Part shown: piece by piece, positions 29,837 through 40,648 of the stretch
Layout: each line of letters starts with the position of its first letter
Numbering within the stretch: position 1 is the first letter of the stretch
NCBI GenBank assembly: GCA_017461065.1
Contig: JAFTZC010000014.1
Coordinates: 1-54,370 of the forward strand
DNA: 54,370 nucleotides
Origin: Clostridia bacterium
Lineage (GTDB): Bacteria > Bacillota > Clostridia > Christensenellales > DTU072
Direction: 5' to 3'
Notes under the pieces: generated by a model
What the model saw: only the letters and a program-made list of their open reading frames with translations
Told to the model about the DNA's origin: nothing
Database searches by the model: none
Position numbers and translations under genes: made by a program

Positions 29837-30538
29837 CTAAAATTCCAAATTTTCATCTTTTATGGCCGTGCGAAGTTTTTGTAGCACGGCTTTTTCAAGG
29901 CGCGAAACGTAACTACGAGATATGCCGAGCGCGTTTGCGGTAATTTGTTGCGACTTAGGTTCGTCACCGCTAAGACCGTATCGCATATCTATTAGTATTT
30001 TTTCCCTTTCGGTTAGGTGTCTGTCAAGCAGTTTCTTTATTCCTTGTCGCGTTACGGCATCTTCCGTCTTTTTATAGACCGTGTCTTCGTCAACGGAAAG
30101 CATATCTATAATTTGGAGCTGATTGCCGTCCTTGTCCGTGCCTATTTCGTCATATAGAGATAGGTCGTTTTGGCGCTTTTTGTAGGAGCGCATAGCCATT
30201 AGGATTTCGTTTTCGATGCACCTTGAAGCGTAAGTTGCAAGGGTCGTGCTTTTATCCCCTTTGTAGGTGTTTATCGCCTTGATTAAACCAATGGTCCCAA
30301 CCGAAATTAGCTCGTCTTTGTCGGGATAATTGGTATATTTTTTGGCTATGTATACTATTAGCCTAAGGTTATGCCTTACGAGGGTATCCCTTGCAGATAG
30401 GTCGCCCGCGTGAAATTTGTCCAAATACTCCTTTTCCTTTTCGGGGGATAGGGGATGTGGAAAAGAGTTATTACTTTCAATGCCCGAAGTTAGGAGCAGT
30501 ACGCCCGAAATTACTGCAAAAAAGCCTTCTAATAAAAT
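29837..30538 (-). CDS. sigK: Pro-sigmaK, uninterrupted (no skin element)
   Basis: [39 protein letters not shown]; frame extends upstream through a hydrophobic pro-sequence and SFPHPLS to an ATT after GAGG. Confidence 0.9.
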   Translation of the reverse strand: MLLEGFFAVISGVLLLTSGIESNNSFPHPLSPEKEKEYLDKFHAGDLSARDTLVRHNLRLIVYIAKKYTNYPDKDELISVGTIGLIKAINTYKGDKSTTLATYASRCIENEILMAMRSYKKRQNDLSLYDEIGTDKDGNQLQIIDMLSVDEDTVYKKTEDAVTRQGIKKLLDRHLTEREKILIDMRYGLSGDEPKSQQITANALGISRSYVSRLEKAVLQKLRTAIKDENLEF

Positions 30539-30559
30539 AATTCCCTCACTTGCTTAAAT

Positions 30560-30580
30560 AGTATATGAGACAATTCGACA
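30560..30580 (-). promoter_or_regulatory. sigK promoter -10 (CATATACT) and Spo0A box
   Basis: Minus strand TGTCGAA (30580-30574), 6 nt upstream of CATATACT (30567-30560). Confidence 0.55.
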
Positions 30581-30597
30581 AAAAGTGCTATAAAAAC

Positions 30598-30623
30598 AAA
30601 AAATCCACCATAAGGTGGACTTT
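30598..30623 (-). terminator. Terminator of RNase P RNA
   Basis: Minus strand GTCCACC-TTAT-GGTGGAT plus T-run. Confidence 0.75.
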
Positions 30624-30624
30624 G

Positions 30625-30935
30625 AGTTAGTCTATAAGCCGAGTTCTGTATTTGACGACCATCTGTCTTGCCCCATAGTCACCTATGGGATCTAGCGATT
30701 GAGGGGACGGACGGGCAGCCCATAGTCCCTTTTCTCTTGCATCGAGTGGGGTTTACACAGCCAATTTCGTCGCCGAACTGCTGGTGAGCTCTTACCTCAC
30801 CTTTTCACCCTTGCGATAAATCGCGGTATTTTTCTGTTGCACTTTCCCTAAAGTTGCCTCCGGCAGGATTTCTCTGCCACTCTGCCCTGTGATGCTCGGA
30901 CTTTCCTCACACTTGGTGCAGCCGTCTGACTAACT
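30625..30935 (-). ncRNA. rnpB: RNase P RNA (compact, type A-like)
   Basis: Minus strand GAGGAAAGTCCGAG, GAAAGTGCAACAGAA, GGGTGAAA...GGTAAGAGC and ACAGAACTCGGCTTA; P1 AGTTAGTC/GACTAACT. Confidence 0.97.
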
Positions 30936-30941
30936 ACGTTT

Positions 30942-30971
30942 AGTTTAGCACATAGTGTAAAAATAAGTCAA
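30942..30971 (-). promoter_or_regulatory. rnpB promoter
   Basis: TTGACT-18-TAAACT with TG extension, 6 nt before P1. Confidence 0.65.
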
Positions 30972-31035
30972 CTCATTAAGTTTATCAAATTATACTCATT
31001 GACTTTTATTAACGCGCGTGATAATATTAAAGCGT

Positions 31036-32331
31036 ATGGATTTATTTGAAGCAACAAGAAAATCAATGGCTCCCTTAAGCGAGCGTATGAGATGCAATCG
31101 ACTCAAGGATTTTATAGGTCAAAAGCACCTAATCTCAAAAGGGTCGTTGCTTTCGCGTGCAATCGAAGCGGATAGGTTGGGTAGCTGTATATTCTACGGC
31201 CCACCCGGAACGGGCAAGACAACCCTTGCTAATATTATTGCCGAAAGCACGGGCGCAGCTTACGCATATCTTAACGCCGTTTCAAGTGGCGTCAGCGATG
31301 CAAAAAAGGTAATCGACGACGCAAAATCTCGTTTGTCACTATACGGCAAACGCACCTATCTACTCCTTGACGAATGTCACCGTTGGTCAAAAGCACAAAG
31401 TGACTGCGTGCTGAGCGCAATAGAAAAGGGTGAGATAATCTTCATCGGCTCGACTACCGAAAATCCTTACGTTACTATGACAAAGGCTATCGTCAGCCGT
31501 TGCCGTATATTTGAGTTCAAGCCCCTTACCCAAGACGATATTAAGGAAGGTCTTCTCAGAGCACTTGCCGACGACGTCAAAGGCCTTGGCCAATATAGGG
31601 CGGAAGTTAAGGAAGAAGCTCTCAACCACATTGCGTGGATGTCAAACGGCGACCTACGTAGCGCGCTAAACGCGTTGGAGCTTGCCGTAATCACTACCGC
31701 TCCAAACGATAAGGGCGTAATCGAAATTACCTTGCCTATTGCCGAAGAAGTTGCTCAGCGCAGGGCACTTTCGGTTGACGAGAGCTTGTATTACGATATA
31801 ATTTCGGCGTTTTGCAAGAGTTTGCGCGGTTCCGACCCCGATGCGGCAGTGTATTATGCGATGAGGCTACTCAACGCAGGATGCGACCCAATGTTAATAT
31901 GTCGTAGGTTGGTCGTTCACAGTGCCGAAGACGTCGGTATGGCAGACCCTTATGCTTTGAATATCGCAATGAACGCACTCCAGGCTATGGAAAAACTCGG
32001 TCTTCCCGAAGGCAGAATTCCACTTACCGAAGCTATCATCTACGTTTGTCTTGCGCCAAAGTCCAATTCGGTAGTCAACGCTTTGTATAGCGCCGACGAC
32101 GCAAGCAAAAGGGCGGAAGACCAATCTATCCCATACTACCTAAGAGACGCTAATTACAAGGTAGAAAAGGTAACGGGATACAAATATCCACACGCGTACG
32201 GTGGCTGGGTAGAGCAAAGATATCTCCCCGAAAGCCTTGGCGACGAAAGATTCTACGTTCCTTCCAACAATGGTAAGGAAAAGGATATAATCATACCAAA
32301 AGACAAAAAAATCAATCCAAAAGGAGTATAA
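31036..32331 (+). CDS. rarA: Replication-associated recombination protein A
   Basis: [37 protein letters not shown]; ATG 31036 lies 8 nt after TTGACT-17-TAATAT. Confidence 0.95.
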   Translation: MDLFEATRKSMAPLSERMRCNRLKDFIGQKHLISKGSLLSRAIEADRLGSCIFYGPPGTGKTTLANIIAESTGAAYAYLNAVSSGVSDAKKVIDDAKSRLSLYGKRTYLLLDECHRWSKAQSDCVLSAIEKGEIIFIGSTTENPYVTMTKAIVSRCRIFEFKPLTQDDIKEGLLRALADDVKGLGQYRAEVKEEALNHIAWMSNGDLRSALNALELAVITTAPNDKGVIEITLPIAEEVAQRRALSVDESLYYDIISAFCKSLRGSDPDAAVYYAMRLLNAGCDPMLICRRLVVHSAEDVGMADPYALNIAMNALQAMEKLGLPEGRIPLTEAIIYVCLAPKSNSVVNALYSADDASKRAEDQSIPYYLRDANYKVEKVTGYKYPHAYGGWVEQRYLPESLGDERFYVPSNNGKEKDIIIPKDKKINPKGV

Positions 32332-32333
32332 TT

Positions 32334-32870
32334 ATGGCAGAACTAAAAGGCAGTAAGACAGAAAAAAATCTATGGTACGCATTTGCAGGCGAATCACAAG
32401 CACGCAACAAGTACGATTACTTTGCATCAAAGGCTAAGAAGGAAGGCTACGAGCAAATAGCAGCTATCTTCCAAGAAACCGCTCTTAACGAAAAAGAGCA
32501 CGCAAAACTATGGTTTAAAGAACTTGGCGGCATCGGTTCTACCCTTGAAAATCTTCTTGCTGCAGCAGCAGGTGAAAACGAAGAATGGACCGAAATGTAT
32601 CGTCAATTTGCTGAAGAAGCAGAAGCTGAAGGTTTCACTACCCTTGCAGCAAAGTTCCGTGGCGTAGCAGCTATCGAAAAGACTCACGAAGAACGTTATC
32701 GCGCACTTGCAGCTAACGTTGAAAACGGCGCAGTATTCGCTAAGACCGAAGCTAACGAATGGCGTTGCCGCAACTGCGGACACATTCACTTTGGCGAAAA
32801 GGCTCCAGAGCTTTGCCCCGTATGTGCACATCCAAAGGCATACTTTGAAATAGAAAAGAAAAACTATTAA
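32334..32870 (+). CDS. rbr: Rubrerythrin
   Basis: FAGESQA, NEKEHA, C-terminal CRNC/CPVC. Confidence 0.95.
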   Translation: MAELKGSKTEKNLWYAFAGESQARNKYDYFASKAKKEGYEQIAAIFQETALNEKEHAKLWFKELGGIGSTLENLLAAAAGENEEWTEMYRQFAEEAEAEGFTTLAAKFRGVAAIEKTHEERYRALAANVENGAVFAKTEANEWRCRNCGHIHFGEKAPELCPVCAHPKAYFEIEKKNY

Positions 32871-32876
32871 TATCCA

Positions 32877-33599
32877 ATGATTGAGATAAAAAATCTTTCC
32901 AAAACCTATCGCTCAAGCGGTAAGAGGGCTGTCGACGACCTAACTCTTACCGTAGACAAGGGCGAGATTTTTGGCTTTTTAGGTCCAAACGGCGCGGGTA
33001 AATCTACCACGATTAAGTGTATTACCGGCATACTTGACTATGAAGAAGGTAGCATCGCCATTGACGGAATTGACCTTAAAGCAAAACCCGAAGAAGCCAA
33101 AAAGAAGATTGGCTACGTTGCTGACGAGCATTTTTTGTACGAAGGCTTGACGGGCAGGCAATACATCAATTTTATCCTTGATATATTTGGCGTAACCCAA
33201 GAGGTTAGGGAAGAAAAAATCAATCGTTATGCCGAGATATTCGAGCTAAGCGACAAGCTTGACAATCGCATTAGCTCGTATTCTCACGGCATGAAGCAAA
33301 AGGTTAATCTAATTGCGGCGCTTTCGCACGACCCCGAAGTGTTTATTTTAGACGAACCTATGACGGGCTTGGACCCACAAGCAACTTTTAAGCTTAAGCA
33401 ACTTATGCAAACTATTGCGAAAGAAGGCAAGGTAGTATTCTTTTCGTCCCACGTTTTGGAAGTGGTTGAAAAGCTATGCACCAAGGTCGCTATCATTGAC
33501 GACGGCAAACTCGTAAAAGTTTGCGATATGCAAGAGCTAAAAGATAGCCGTGACAGCCTTGAAGACCTGTTTTTAAAACTTACTTCGGAGACTAAATAA
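32877..33599 (+). CDS. ABC transporter ATP-binding protein
   Basis: GPNGAGKST, YSHGMKQ, ILDEP, SSH. Confidence 0.95.
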   Translation: MIEIKNLSKTYRSSGKRAVDDLTLTVDKGEIFGFLGPNGAGKSTTIKCITGILDYEEGSIAIDGIDLKAKPEEAKKKIGYVADEHFLYEGLTGRQYINFILDIFGVTQEVREEKINRYAEIFELSDKLDNRISSYSHGMKQKVNLIAALSHDPEVFILDEPMTGLDPQATFKLKQLMQTIAKEGKVVFFSSHVLEVVEKLCTKVAIIDDGKLVKVCDMQELKDSRDSLEDLFLKLTSETK

Positions 33600-35311
33600 T
33601 GCTTGGTGGCGCGTTTTTGCAATATAAATCGCTGCTCAAGGTGTTTTTGTCAAACCTAATTGCACTTCCAAGCAAAAAACAGGTTACCGAGAAGACCACG
33701 GGTGCAAAAAAATTGGGCAAAATAGGGGTGCTTGCTTTGGCAGCCTTCGGTTTTGTCAGTATTTTTGCCTACCTCATACTCGTTGCTTACGAGTTGACGG
33801 TCGCTTCCATAAATTCGGGTAGGGTAGTCGAGCTTCAATACGCCTTTATGGCTATGGCACAAATTACCGTGTTGCTGTTTGGGCTTGCCTCCCTTCTTAA
33901 TAATTTGTATTTTGCAAAGGATAACGCGTTGCTCTGCTCGCTTCCTTTCAAAAAGGGCGTGGTTTTCTTATCAAAGTTCACTATGACCTATTTGGGAGAA
34001 CTTTTGTTTGCGGCACTCGTATATCTACCGCTGACGATTACTTCACTCGTAACGCTAATGCAGTACGATTATCCCGGTGTAAACGGACTTTCGTTCGTCG
34101 TCGTAGTGATAAACCTACTGTTTATCCCGGCTTTGCCGCTACTTGCCGCAACCCTTATATCCCAACCGCTTATGCGATTGGTGTCGCTACTAAAAAAGCG
34201 AACGCTTGGCAATTCGCTCGTAATGGCGCTTTGCTACGTGGCGTTTTTCGCTTTGTATTTCCCACTCGTGATAGGCGTATCAACGGTGGGTGAAACGGGC
34301 GTGCTCGGTGGAGATATGATAGGGGCGTTCGTAGCTCTCAAGAATTACACGATATTCAACTATCCGCTCGTAAACGCAACGCTAAATAATAACGTTTTAC
34401 TAAATCTCGTTATTTATTTTGCAGGCGTGTTGGTGGTAGGAGTAATATCCGTTCTACTATCCTTCGTGTTCTACAAGAAGTCCCTTATGAAACTAAGCGA
34501 AGGGGACGGAATTGTCGCAAAAAAGGTTAAAAACGCCAAAAATACGGCTAATTCCACTATAAAAAGTTTCTTGATTAAGGACTTCAAGACGCTACTGCAT
34601 ACGCCGCAACTGCTTATAAATTGCATTATGGTTATAGTGCTTCCAAGCATAATAATAGCATTTATGAGCGGTGAGTTTGGACAATCGATGCTTGAGGAAG
34701 AATTTGCTTCCAACATTAACACCAACGTATTCGTATTGTCGCTTGCAACCTATCTCGTAGCGCTGTTATCTTGTGCAGGCAATCCCTTTGGCTATATTGG
34801 ATTTTCCATCGAAGGCAAAAACCTTTATATGCTAAAATCCTTGCCAATAAGCCACAAGGACGTAATCAAGTCAAAGTTTATCTTTTCGGTTTTGATTACC
34901 GCAGTATCGTCACTCGTACTGCTAATAGTATTCCCGTTTGCAAGCGGTATCAAAAACGCCGTTGCAATAGTGGGATTACCGCTGCAGTCCTTTGCAACCG
35001 GCATATCCTTTAGCGCGATAGGATTGTATTCCGACCTAAAAAATCCCAATCTAAATTGGGTAAATATAAACGAAATCACGCGTAATAACCTAAAAACCAT
35101 CAAACCGATGATGCTATATCTTGCATTATCCTTTGTTTATTTGATAGTCGGCATAGTTCTTGCGGTGCTTATGCAAGCGATTACGCTAAACGAGTATTTG
35201 GTAGTAACCGTTTACTACGTAATATGCTTGACGGCGCCTGTGGTGATATTCGTATTATATTTCAAAAAACTACTAAACGCCGAAGATTTGATGAGTAAAA
35301 TAGGAGGCTAA
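33599..35311 (+). CDS. ABC-2-type exporter permease
   Basis: Multi-TM protein with SIEGKN..LKSLPI; coupled to the ATPase gene. Confidence 0.85.
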   Translation: MLGGAFLQYKSLLKVFLSNLIALPSKKQVTEKTTGAKKLGKIGVLALAAFGFVSIFAYLILVAYELTVASINSGRVVELQYAFMAMAQITVLLFGLASLLNNLYFAKDNALLCSLPFKKGVVFLSKFTMTYLGELLFAALVYLPLTITSLVTLMQYDYPGVNGLSFVVVVINLLFIPALPLLAATLISQPLMRLVSLLKKRTLGNSLVMALCYVAFFALYFPLVIGVSTVGETGVLGGDMIGAFVALKNYTIFNYPLVNATLNNNVLLNLVIYFAGVLVVGVISVLLSFVFYKKSLMKLSEGDGIVAKKVKNAKNTANSTIKSFLIKDFKTLLHTPQLLINCIMVIVLPSIIIAFMSGEFGQSMLEEEFASNINTNVFVLSLATYLVALLSCAGNPFGYIGFSIEGKNLYMLKSLPISHKDVIKSKFIFSVLITAVSSLVLLIVFPFASGIKNAVAIVGLPLQSFATGISFSAIGLYSDLKNPNLNWVNINEITRNNLKTIKPMMLYLALSFVYLIVGIVLAVLMQAITLNEYLVVTVYYVICLTAPVVIFVLYFKKLLNAEDLMSKIGG

Positions 35312-35728
35312 ATGAGAAAACTTGCTTTGGACGTCGGTGACGTAAGAATTGGCTTTGCCACAAGTGATATTATGGGAATAATTGCATCGGGATATGAAAC
35401 TTATACCCGCAAAGGCGCCCCCAAGGACTACGAGTATATTGCCGAGTTTTGCAAAAACAACCAAGTAGATACCATAGTTATCGGTCTTCCTGTAAATATG
35501 GATGGCACCGAGGGTGATAGGGTAATTATCACTCGTGAGTTTGCCGAAGAACTAAAGGAATACGTAGGGGAGCGCAAAATCGTATTTCAAGACGAGCGTT
35601 TAACTACCGTACAAGCCGAAAGAATGTTAATTCAAGGCGGAGTAAGGCGCGAAAAGCGTAAAAAAGTAATCGACAAAGTGGCTGCTACTATTATTTTGCA
35701 GTCCTATCTTGATAAAATAAACTACTAA
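35312..35728 (+). CDS. yqgF: YqgF/RuvX pre-16S rRNA nuclease
   Basis: LDVGDVRIG, GLP, DERLTT, DKVAA..ILQ. Confidence 0.95.
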   Translation: MRKLALDVGDVRIGFATSDIMGIIASGYETYTRKGAPKDYEYIAEFCKNNQVDTIVIGLPVNMDGTEGDRVIITREFAEELKEYVGERKIVFQDERLTTVQAERMLIQGGVRREKRKKVIDKVAATIILQSYLDKINY

Positions 35729-35743
35729 AAGGAGCAAAAAGCA

Positions 35744-36082
35744 ATGGAAAACGAAAAAATCAACAATAATATTGACGAAATAGAAGAGGAAGAAGTTATC
35801 GTTCTTTTGGACGAAAGCACCGGCAAAGAAGTGGAGTTTTCGCTACTTGCAATGCTTGAAGTTGACGGCAAAACCTACGCATATCTCGAGCCACTCGAAG
35901 AAGTTGAAGGCTTTGAGGAGGGCGATTTGCTAATCAACCGCGTTGAGTTTGACGAAAACGGCGAAGAACTATATTATCCTATCGACGACGATCAAGAAAT
36001 TGACAAGGCATTCGAAGCATTTGACGAAATGTATGCCAAAGAGTTTGGTATGCACTGCGACGGCACTCCCGTAGTAGAATAA
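35744..36082 (+). CDS. DUF1292-family acidic protein
   Basis: Acidic, V.L.DE.GKEVEF pattern; usual neighbour of yqgF. Confidence 0.8.
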   Translation: MENEKINNNIDEIEEEEVIVLLDESTGKEVEFSLLAMLEVDGKTYAYLEPLEEVEGFEEGDLLINRVEFDENGEELYYPIDDDQEIDKAFEAFDEMYAKEFGMHCDGTPVVE

Positions 36083-36717
36083 TGAACAAAATTAAAAGGA
36101 TATTGTCCGTTATCCTTATACTTATAATAGGTATAAGCGCGAGCGCGTGCCTAATAGGTTGTAAGGAAGACGGCGAAGGAGAAAATATGCAATATATCGC
36201 AACTTTCGTAATTACAGACCAAGACGGAACCGACCGTATCGTTAAGATACAACTACACCCCGATAAAGCTCCAAAGAGTGTCGAAAACTTTGTAAAACTT
36301 GCAAATAGCGGCTATTATAACGGACTTTGCTTCCACCGTATCGTACCGGGCGGATGTTTGCAAGGCGGTGGATATAAGGTAGAAAACAACACTATCGAAG
36401 AAGCTCCCGACACCAATAGCATTTACGGCGAATTTGCTTCCAACGGTTGGGCACAAAACGACCTCAAGCACGTGTTCGGCACCATTTCTATGGCAAGGAC
36501 GAGCGTCAAGGACTCGGCTACAAGCCAATTTTTCCTTTGCATAGGTTCATATCCGAGCTGGGACGGCGAATACGCAGCTTTTGGCACTATCGTTGACGAA
36601 GTTGAAAGCAAAACCAATCTTACCATTCTCGGCGAGTCAAGTTATGGCAATATCGGATACGGCTTTACCACCTTCCCTTACCCACTTTTGGTTATAAAAA
36701 GCGTAAGTGTAGCTTAA
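36082..36717 (+). CDS. Exported cyclophilin-type PPIase (probable lipoprotein)
   Basis: AP.SVENF, FHRIVPG, QGG, SMAR, SQFF; signal peptide ending LIGC. Confidence 0.9.
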   Translation: MNKIKRILSVILILIIGISASACLIGCKEDGEGENMQYIATFVITDQDGTDRIVKIQLHPDKAPKSVENFVKLANSGYYNGLCFHRIVPGGCLQGGGYKVENNTIEEAPDTNSIYGEFASNGWAQNDLKHVFGTISMARTSVKDSATSQFFLCIGSYPSWDGEYAAFGTIVDEVESKTNLTILGESSYGNIGYGFTTFPYPLLVIKSVSVA

Positions 36718-36770
36718 AAATAGTCAAAACCCCCTTGAAAAACCATTGATACTGTGGTATTCTATTGTAT

Positions 36771-38177
36771 ATGAGCATAGTAAATAACAAGGCAAAAATT
36801 TCATTATTGGTTATGGCGGTAGTAGTTGCTATCGCACTTTGTGCTATCAGCCTATCTTTTGCAAGCGGCGAAGTTACCGCCTACGCTCAAGAAGAAAACA
36901 ACTATGCTTTTAGCCTAACTACTCGTAGTTTCGTTTATAACGCAAACGCAGTAGATTTACCCCTAAAAGTAACCTATAATGGCACCGAAATCGATAATTA
37001 TAGCATAAGCTATATTTATAACGGTACCGAAGTAGTGGATTCCCCGATAAACGCAGGTAGTTACGTCGCAACCATTACCATAGACGGCACCGACCCCGTG
37101 GTCAGCTCAACCGTGGATTTTGAAATCACGCCAAAACCCCTAAATTTGGTCGTAGGTGGCTCAACCACCTTCCAATATACCGGTATGGGATATAGCCGTA
37201 ACGTTTCTCCGCTTGGCATTTGCGCAGGGGATGCTTGCGAAATTATCACGAGCTACGTTGGCACGCACCACGCACTTGAAGCAGGGGTACTACCTTCGCA
37301 CGCCGATAGCTATGATATGGTTTTTGCAACGTCCAACCCCAATTATAAAGTGGGTGAAGTTGACGGCGAAACCACACTCGTAATTCAAAAACGTACTTTG
37401 TACGTTAAGGTTAACAACACGTCGGTCACCTTTGGCGAAACTCCCGAGTTTACGATATCAATTATCGGTTTCGTTGGTGATGACGACGAATCCGTAATCG
37501 AACAAATGCCTGCCGTCTACTCTAACGCAACGGCAGTAGGCGTACACCAAATCCACGCAACGGGCGGTAGTGCCGAAAACTATAACTTCGAGTATACTTC
37601 GGGTTATCTCACAATCAACGGACTCAGCGCAATCGGCTCCATTGAAGAAACTTCGATTGAGTTCGACGTTGACGGCGTTTTTGCTCCGTCCACCGTTTAC
37701 AACGGCACGGTAATCGACCCCAAGAGTGCCGAAGGTAAAGATTACGTCAAGACGGCAAGACAATTCCGTATGTTGAACTTCACTTCCAAGGCTGCTCAAA
37801 TTTACCAAATCGACTTGGAAAACGGCGCTCAATTATCCGAAAAAATCACCGTTAAATTCAACAACGTAACCACCCTAAATGCAAACGACAACTATTTTAT
37901 AGTTGTAATTTCTCCAGACGGCGTCGTAACCAAGATTACAAAGTACGATTATATCAACGGTTCTTTGACCTTTACAACGCCTTCGCTCGGCACCATATTA
38001 ATCTTTGAAGATAGCTATAACCTAACCGTTCTTTATATTACTATCGCTGCGGTTGCCGCCTTCGTTTTGATGTTGTTTGTAGCAGAAAGAATTCAATATC
38101 GCAACGACAAGCGTCACGCCGACGAAAAGGCAAGGAAGCGCAAGGAAAAGCGTACCAATGACGGTTACATCTGGTAA
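36771..38177 (+). CDS. Membrane-anchored surface protein with MBG-like repeats
   Basis: Signal peptide, P.NAGSY and NYNFEYTSG.LTI MBG-like strands, C-terminal TM plus basic tail; ATG lies 7 nt after TTGAAA-17-TATTCT. Confidence 0.7.
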   Translation: MSIVNNKAKISLLVMAVVVAIALCAISLSFASGEVTAYAQEENNYAFSLTTRSFVYNANAVDLPLKVTYNGTEIDNYSISYIYNGTEVVDSPINAGSYVATITIDGTDPVVSSTVDFEITPKPLNLVVGGSTTFQYTGMGYSRNVSPLGICAGDACEIITSYVGTHHALEAGVLPSHADSYDMVFATSNPNYKVGEVDGETTLVIQKRTLYVKVNNTSVTFGETPEFTISIIGFVGDDDESVIEQMPAVYSNATAVGVHQIHATGGSAENYNFEYTSGYLTINGLSAIGSIEETSIEFDVDGVFAPSTVYNGTVIDPKSAEGKDYVKTARQFRMLNFTSKAAQIYQIDLENGAQLSEKITVKFNNVTTLNANDNYFIVVISPDGVVTKITKYDYINGSLTFTTPSLGTILIFEDSYNLTVLYITIAAVAAFVLMLFVAERIQYRNDKRHADEKARKRKEKRTNDGYIW

Positions 38178-38190
38178 AACCCAAACGTAT

Positions 38191-38219
38191 AAAGCCCTTC
38201 GATAGGGCTTTTTATTTTT
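38191..38219 (+). terminator. Intrinsic terminator
   Basis: AAAGCCCT/AGGGCTTT plus T-run. Confidence 0.8.
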
Positions 38220-38286
38220 AAATTAACAGGCGTTCGCCATAATTTAATATTATTTTTATATTTAAATATAAAATGTATAAAATCGT

Positions 38287-38400
38287 TTGCAAAAGGCGGT
38301 TTTATGTGTTATCATACATAAGCCATAATACGCACCTATGCGGAGAAAATCGTTGTTGCCCCATAAAGGTGGCGGTTTTTTAAGAAGCGTAGGGAGGAAA
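38287..38400 (+). promoter_or_regulatory. rpsB promoter and putative S2 autoregulatory leader
   Basis: TTGCAA-17-TATCAT; leader stem CCTATGC/GCGTAGG preceded by CGCAC, with internal GGTGGCG. Confidence 0.6.
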
Positions 38401-38425
38401 AAACAAATCAGGAGGTATATTTAAA

Positions 38426-39160
38426 ATGGCAGTTATTTCAATGAAACAGCTTCTCGAAGCAGGCGTTCACTTTGGACACCAAACCAAAAAATGGAACCCC
38501 AAGATGGGCAAGTACATTTACGATGCAAGAAACGATATCCACATCATCGACCTTCAACTAACCGTTGATCTCGTTGAAGAGGCATACAAGTTTATCCACA
38601 AAGTTGCATCTGAAGGCAAAAACATCCTCTTCGTAGGTAAGAAAAAGCAAGCTAAAGAAGCTATCCAACAAGAAGCAGAACGTTGCGGTATGTTCTATAT
38701 GAACGAAAGATGGCTCGGTGGTACTCTTACCAACTTCCAAACCATCCGCACCCGTATTGATAAGCTCAACAAGCTCAACCAAATGGAAGCTATCGGCGAA
38801 TTCGAACTTCTCCCCAAGAAGGAAGTTATCAAGCTTAAAGCAGAACGTGATAAGCTCGAACAAAACCTTGGCGGTATCAAGAATATGCGTAACCTTCCCG
38901 GTGCATTGTTCGTAGTAGACCTTAAGATCGAGCACATCGCTGTTCAAGAAGCACGCGCTCTCGGTATTCCAATCGTAGGTCTTGTTGACACCAACTGTGA
39001 CCCCGATCTCGTTGATTACGTTATCCCCGGCAACGACGACGCTATCCGCGCTATCAAGCTTATCGCAAGCGTAATGGCAGATGCAGTTATCGCAGCTAAG
39101 GAAGGTACCGAATACGTAACCGACAAAGAAGTTGCTGCTGAAGAAGTCTTTGAAGACTAA
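38426..39160 (+). CDS. rpsB: 30S ribosomal protein S2
   Basis: [27 protein letters not shown]. Confidence 0.99.
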   Translation: MAVISMKQLLEAGVHFGHQTKKWNPKMGKYIYDARNDIHIIDLQLTVDLVEEAYKFIHKVASEGKNILFVGKKKQAKEAIQQEAERCGMFYMNERWLGGTLTNFQTIRTRIDKLNKLNQMEAIGEFELLPKKEVIKLKAERDKLEQNLGGIKNMRNLPGALFVVDLKIEHIAVQEARALGIPIVGLVDTNCDPDLVDYVIPGNDDAIRAIKLIASVMADAVIAAKEGTEYVTDKEVAAEEVFED

Positions 39161-39198
39161 TAAATCGATAAAACAATAGGTAAAAGGAGATTATAAAT

Positions 39199-39864
39199 AT
39201 GGCAAACTTTACTGCAAAAGACGTAGCTGCACTACGTGCAAGTTCAGGCGCAGGCATGATGGATTGCAAAAAGGCTCTCGAAGCTTGTGACGGCAATATG
39301 GAAAAAGCAACCGAATGGCTCCGTGAAAAGGGTATGGCAACCGCTGCTAAGAAAGCTGGCAGAATTGCTGCAGAAGGTATCGTTGACAGTTACATCCATA
39401 TGGGTGGCAAAGTTGGCGTTCTACTCGAAGTTAACTGCGAAACCGACTTCGTTGCAAAGGGCGATGATTTCAAAGCTTTTGCACACGACGTAGCACTACA
39501 AATCGCTGCTGTTAAGCCCCTTTACGTAAGAAGAGAAGAAGTTCCTGCAGACGTTATCGCTAAGGAAAGAGAAATCGCTCTTGCACAAATCAACAACGAT
39601 CCCAAAATGGCTTCTAAGCCCGATATGGTTAAGACCAAGATCATCGATGGTAAGATCGAAACTTACTATAAAGAAAATTGTCTTCTTGACCAAGCATTCG
39701 TTAAGGATAGCTCAAAGACCATCAACCAACTCACCATCGAGCAAACTGCTAAGTGTGGCGAAAAGGTTACCATCCGTCGTTTCGTAAGATTTGAAATGGG
39801 TGAAGGCCTTGAAAAGAGAAACGAAAACTTTGCAGAAGAAATCGCAAAGGCAACTGCTAAATAG
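39199..39864 (+). CDS. tsf: Elongation factor Ts (short form)
   Basis: [21 protein letters not shown]. Confidence 0.98.
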   Translation: MANFTAKDVAALRASSGAGMMDCKKALEACDGNMEKATEWLREKGMATAAKKAGRIAAEGIVDSYIHMGGKVGVLLEVNCETDFVAKGDDFKAFAHDVALQIAAVKPLYVRREEVPADVIAKEREIALAQINNDPKMASKPDMVKTKIIDGKIETYYKENCLLDQAFVKDSSKTINQLTIEQTAKCGEKVTIRRFVRFEMGEGLEKRNENFAEEIAKATAK

Positions 39865-39873
39865 TTATTGATT

Positions 39874-39898
39874 AAGGGATACGTAGTATCCCTTTTTT
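39874..39898 (+). terminator. Intrinsic terminator after tsf
   Basis: AAGGGATAC-GTA-GTATCCCTT plus T-run. Confidence 0.8.
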
Positions 39899-39911
39899 AT
39901 AAGGAGTACTT

Positions 39912-40616
39912 ATGCAACCAAAATATAATAGGATTCTACTAAAAATATCCGGCGAAGCACTCGCAGGTCCAAAAGGCTTTGGTCTTGACCAAGATATCAT
40001 CGAAGGTATTATCAAGCAAATCAAGGAAGTCAAGGAACTTGGCGTCGAAATCGGCATCGTAATCGGTGCAGGTAACTTCTGGAGAGGCAGACAGGGCGGC
40101 AATATGGATAGGTCTACTGCCGACTATATGGGAATGCTTGCAACGGTAATGAACTGCTTGGCTCTACAAGACGCTCTTGAAAAGGCAGGTCTTGCAACCA
40201 GAGTTCAAACCACGCTCCAAATTACCCAAATCGCCGAGCCGTTCATTATCAGAAAGGCAATTAGGCACCTTGAAAAAGGTAGAATCGTAATCTTCGGTTG
40301 CGGCACGGGTGCTCCTTACTTTACGACCGATACCGCAGCAGCTCTCAAGGCCGCTGAAATCAAGGCTGACGTACTACTTCTTGCAAAGAACGTAGACGGT
40401 ATATATGATAGTGACCCTAAGACCAACCCCAATGCAGTCAAGTTCGAGCGTATATCGGGTATCGAGTTTATCAAGCGCGAACTCACTGCAATGGATACCA
40501 CGGCAGTCAGCCTATGTATGACCAACAAAACTCCCGTCATCGCATTCGGCTTAAACGAACCCGAAAGTATCAAGCGCGCTGTAATGGGCGAAAAAATCGG
40601 AACGATAATCGATTAA
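39912..40616 (+). CDS. pyrH: UMP kinase
   Basis: [26 protein letters not shown]. Confidence 0.98.
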   Translation: MQPKYNRILLKISGEALAGPKGFGLDQDIIEGIIKQIKEVKELGVEIGIVIGAGNFWRGRQGGNMDRSTADYMGMLATVMNCLALQDALEKAGLATRVQTTLQITQIAEPFIIRKAIRHLEKGRIVIFGCGTGAPYFTTDTAAALKAAEIKADVLLLAKNVDGIYDSDPKTNPNAVKFERISGIEFIKRELTAMDTTAVSLCMTNKTPVIAFGLNEPESIKRAVMGEKIGTIID

Positions 40617-40620
40617 TGAT

Positions 40621-40647
40621 AAAAAGCACTCGTAAGAGTGCTTTTTT
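40621..40647 (+). terminator. Bidirectional intrinsic terminator
   Basis: AAAAAGCACTC-GTAA-GAGTGCTTTTT. Confidence 0.85.
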
Positions 40648-40648
40648 A

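Noticed and set aside
29837-30538. skin-like interruption of sigK
   Set aside because: The reading frame is continuous and no recombinase is present.
39199-39864. Truncated tsf pseudogene
   Set aside because: Short EF-Ts forms are known, and the motifs and C-terminus are intact.
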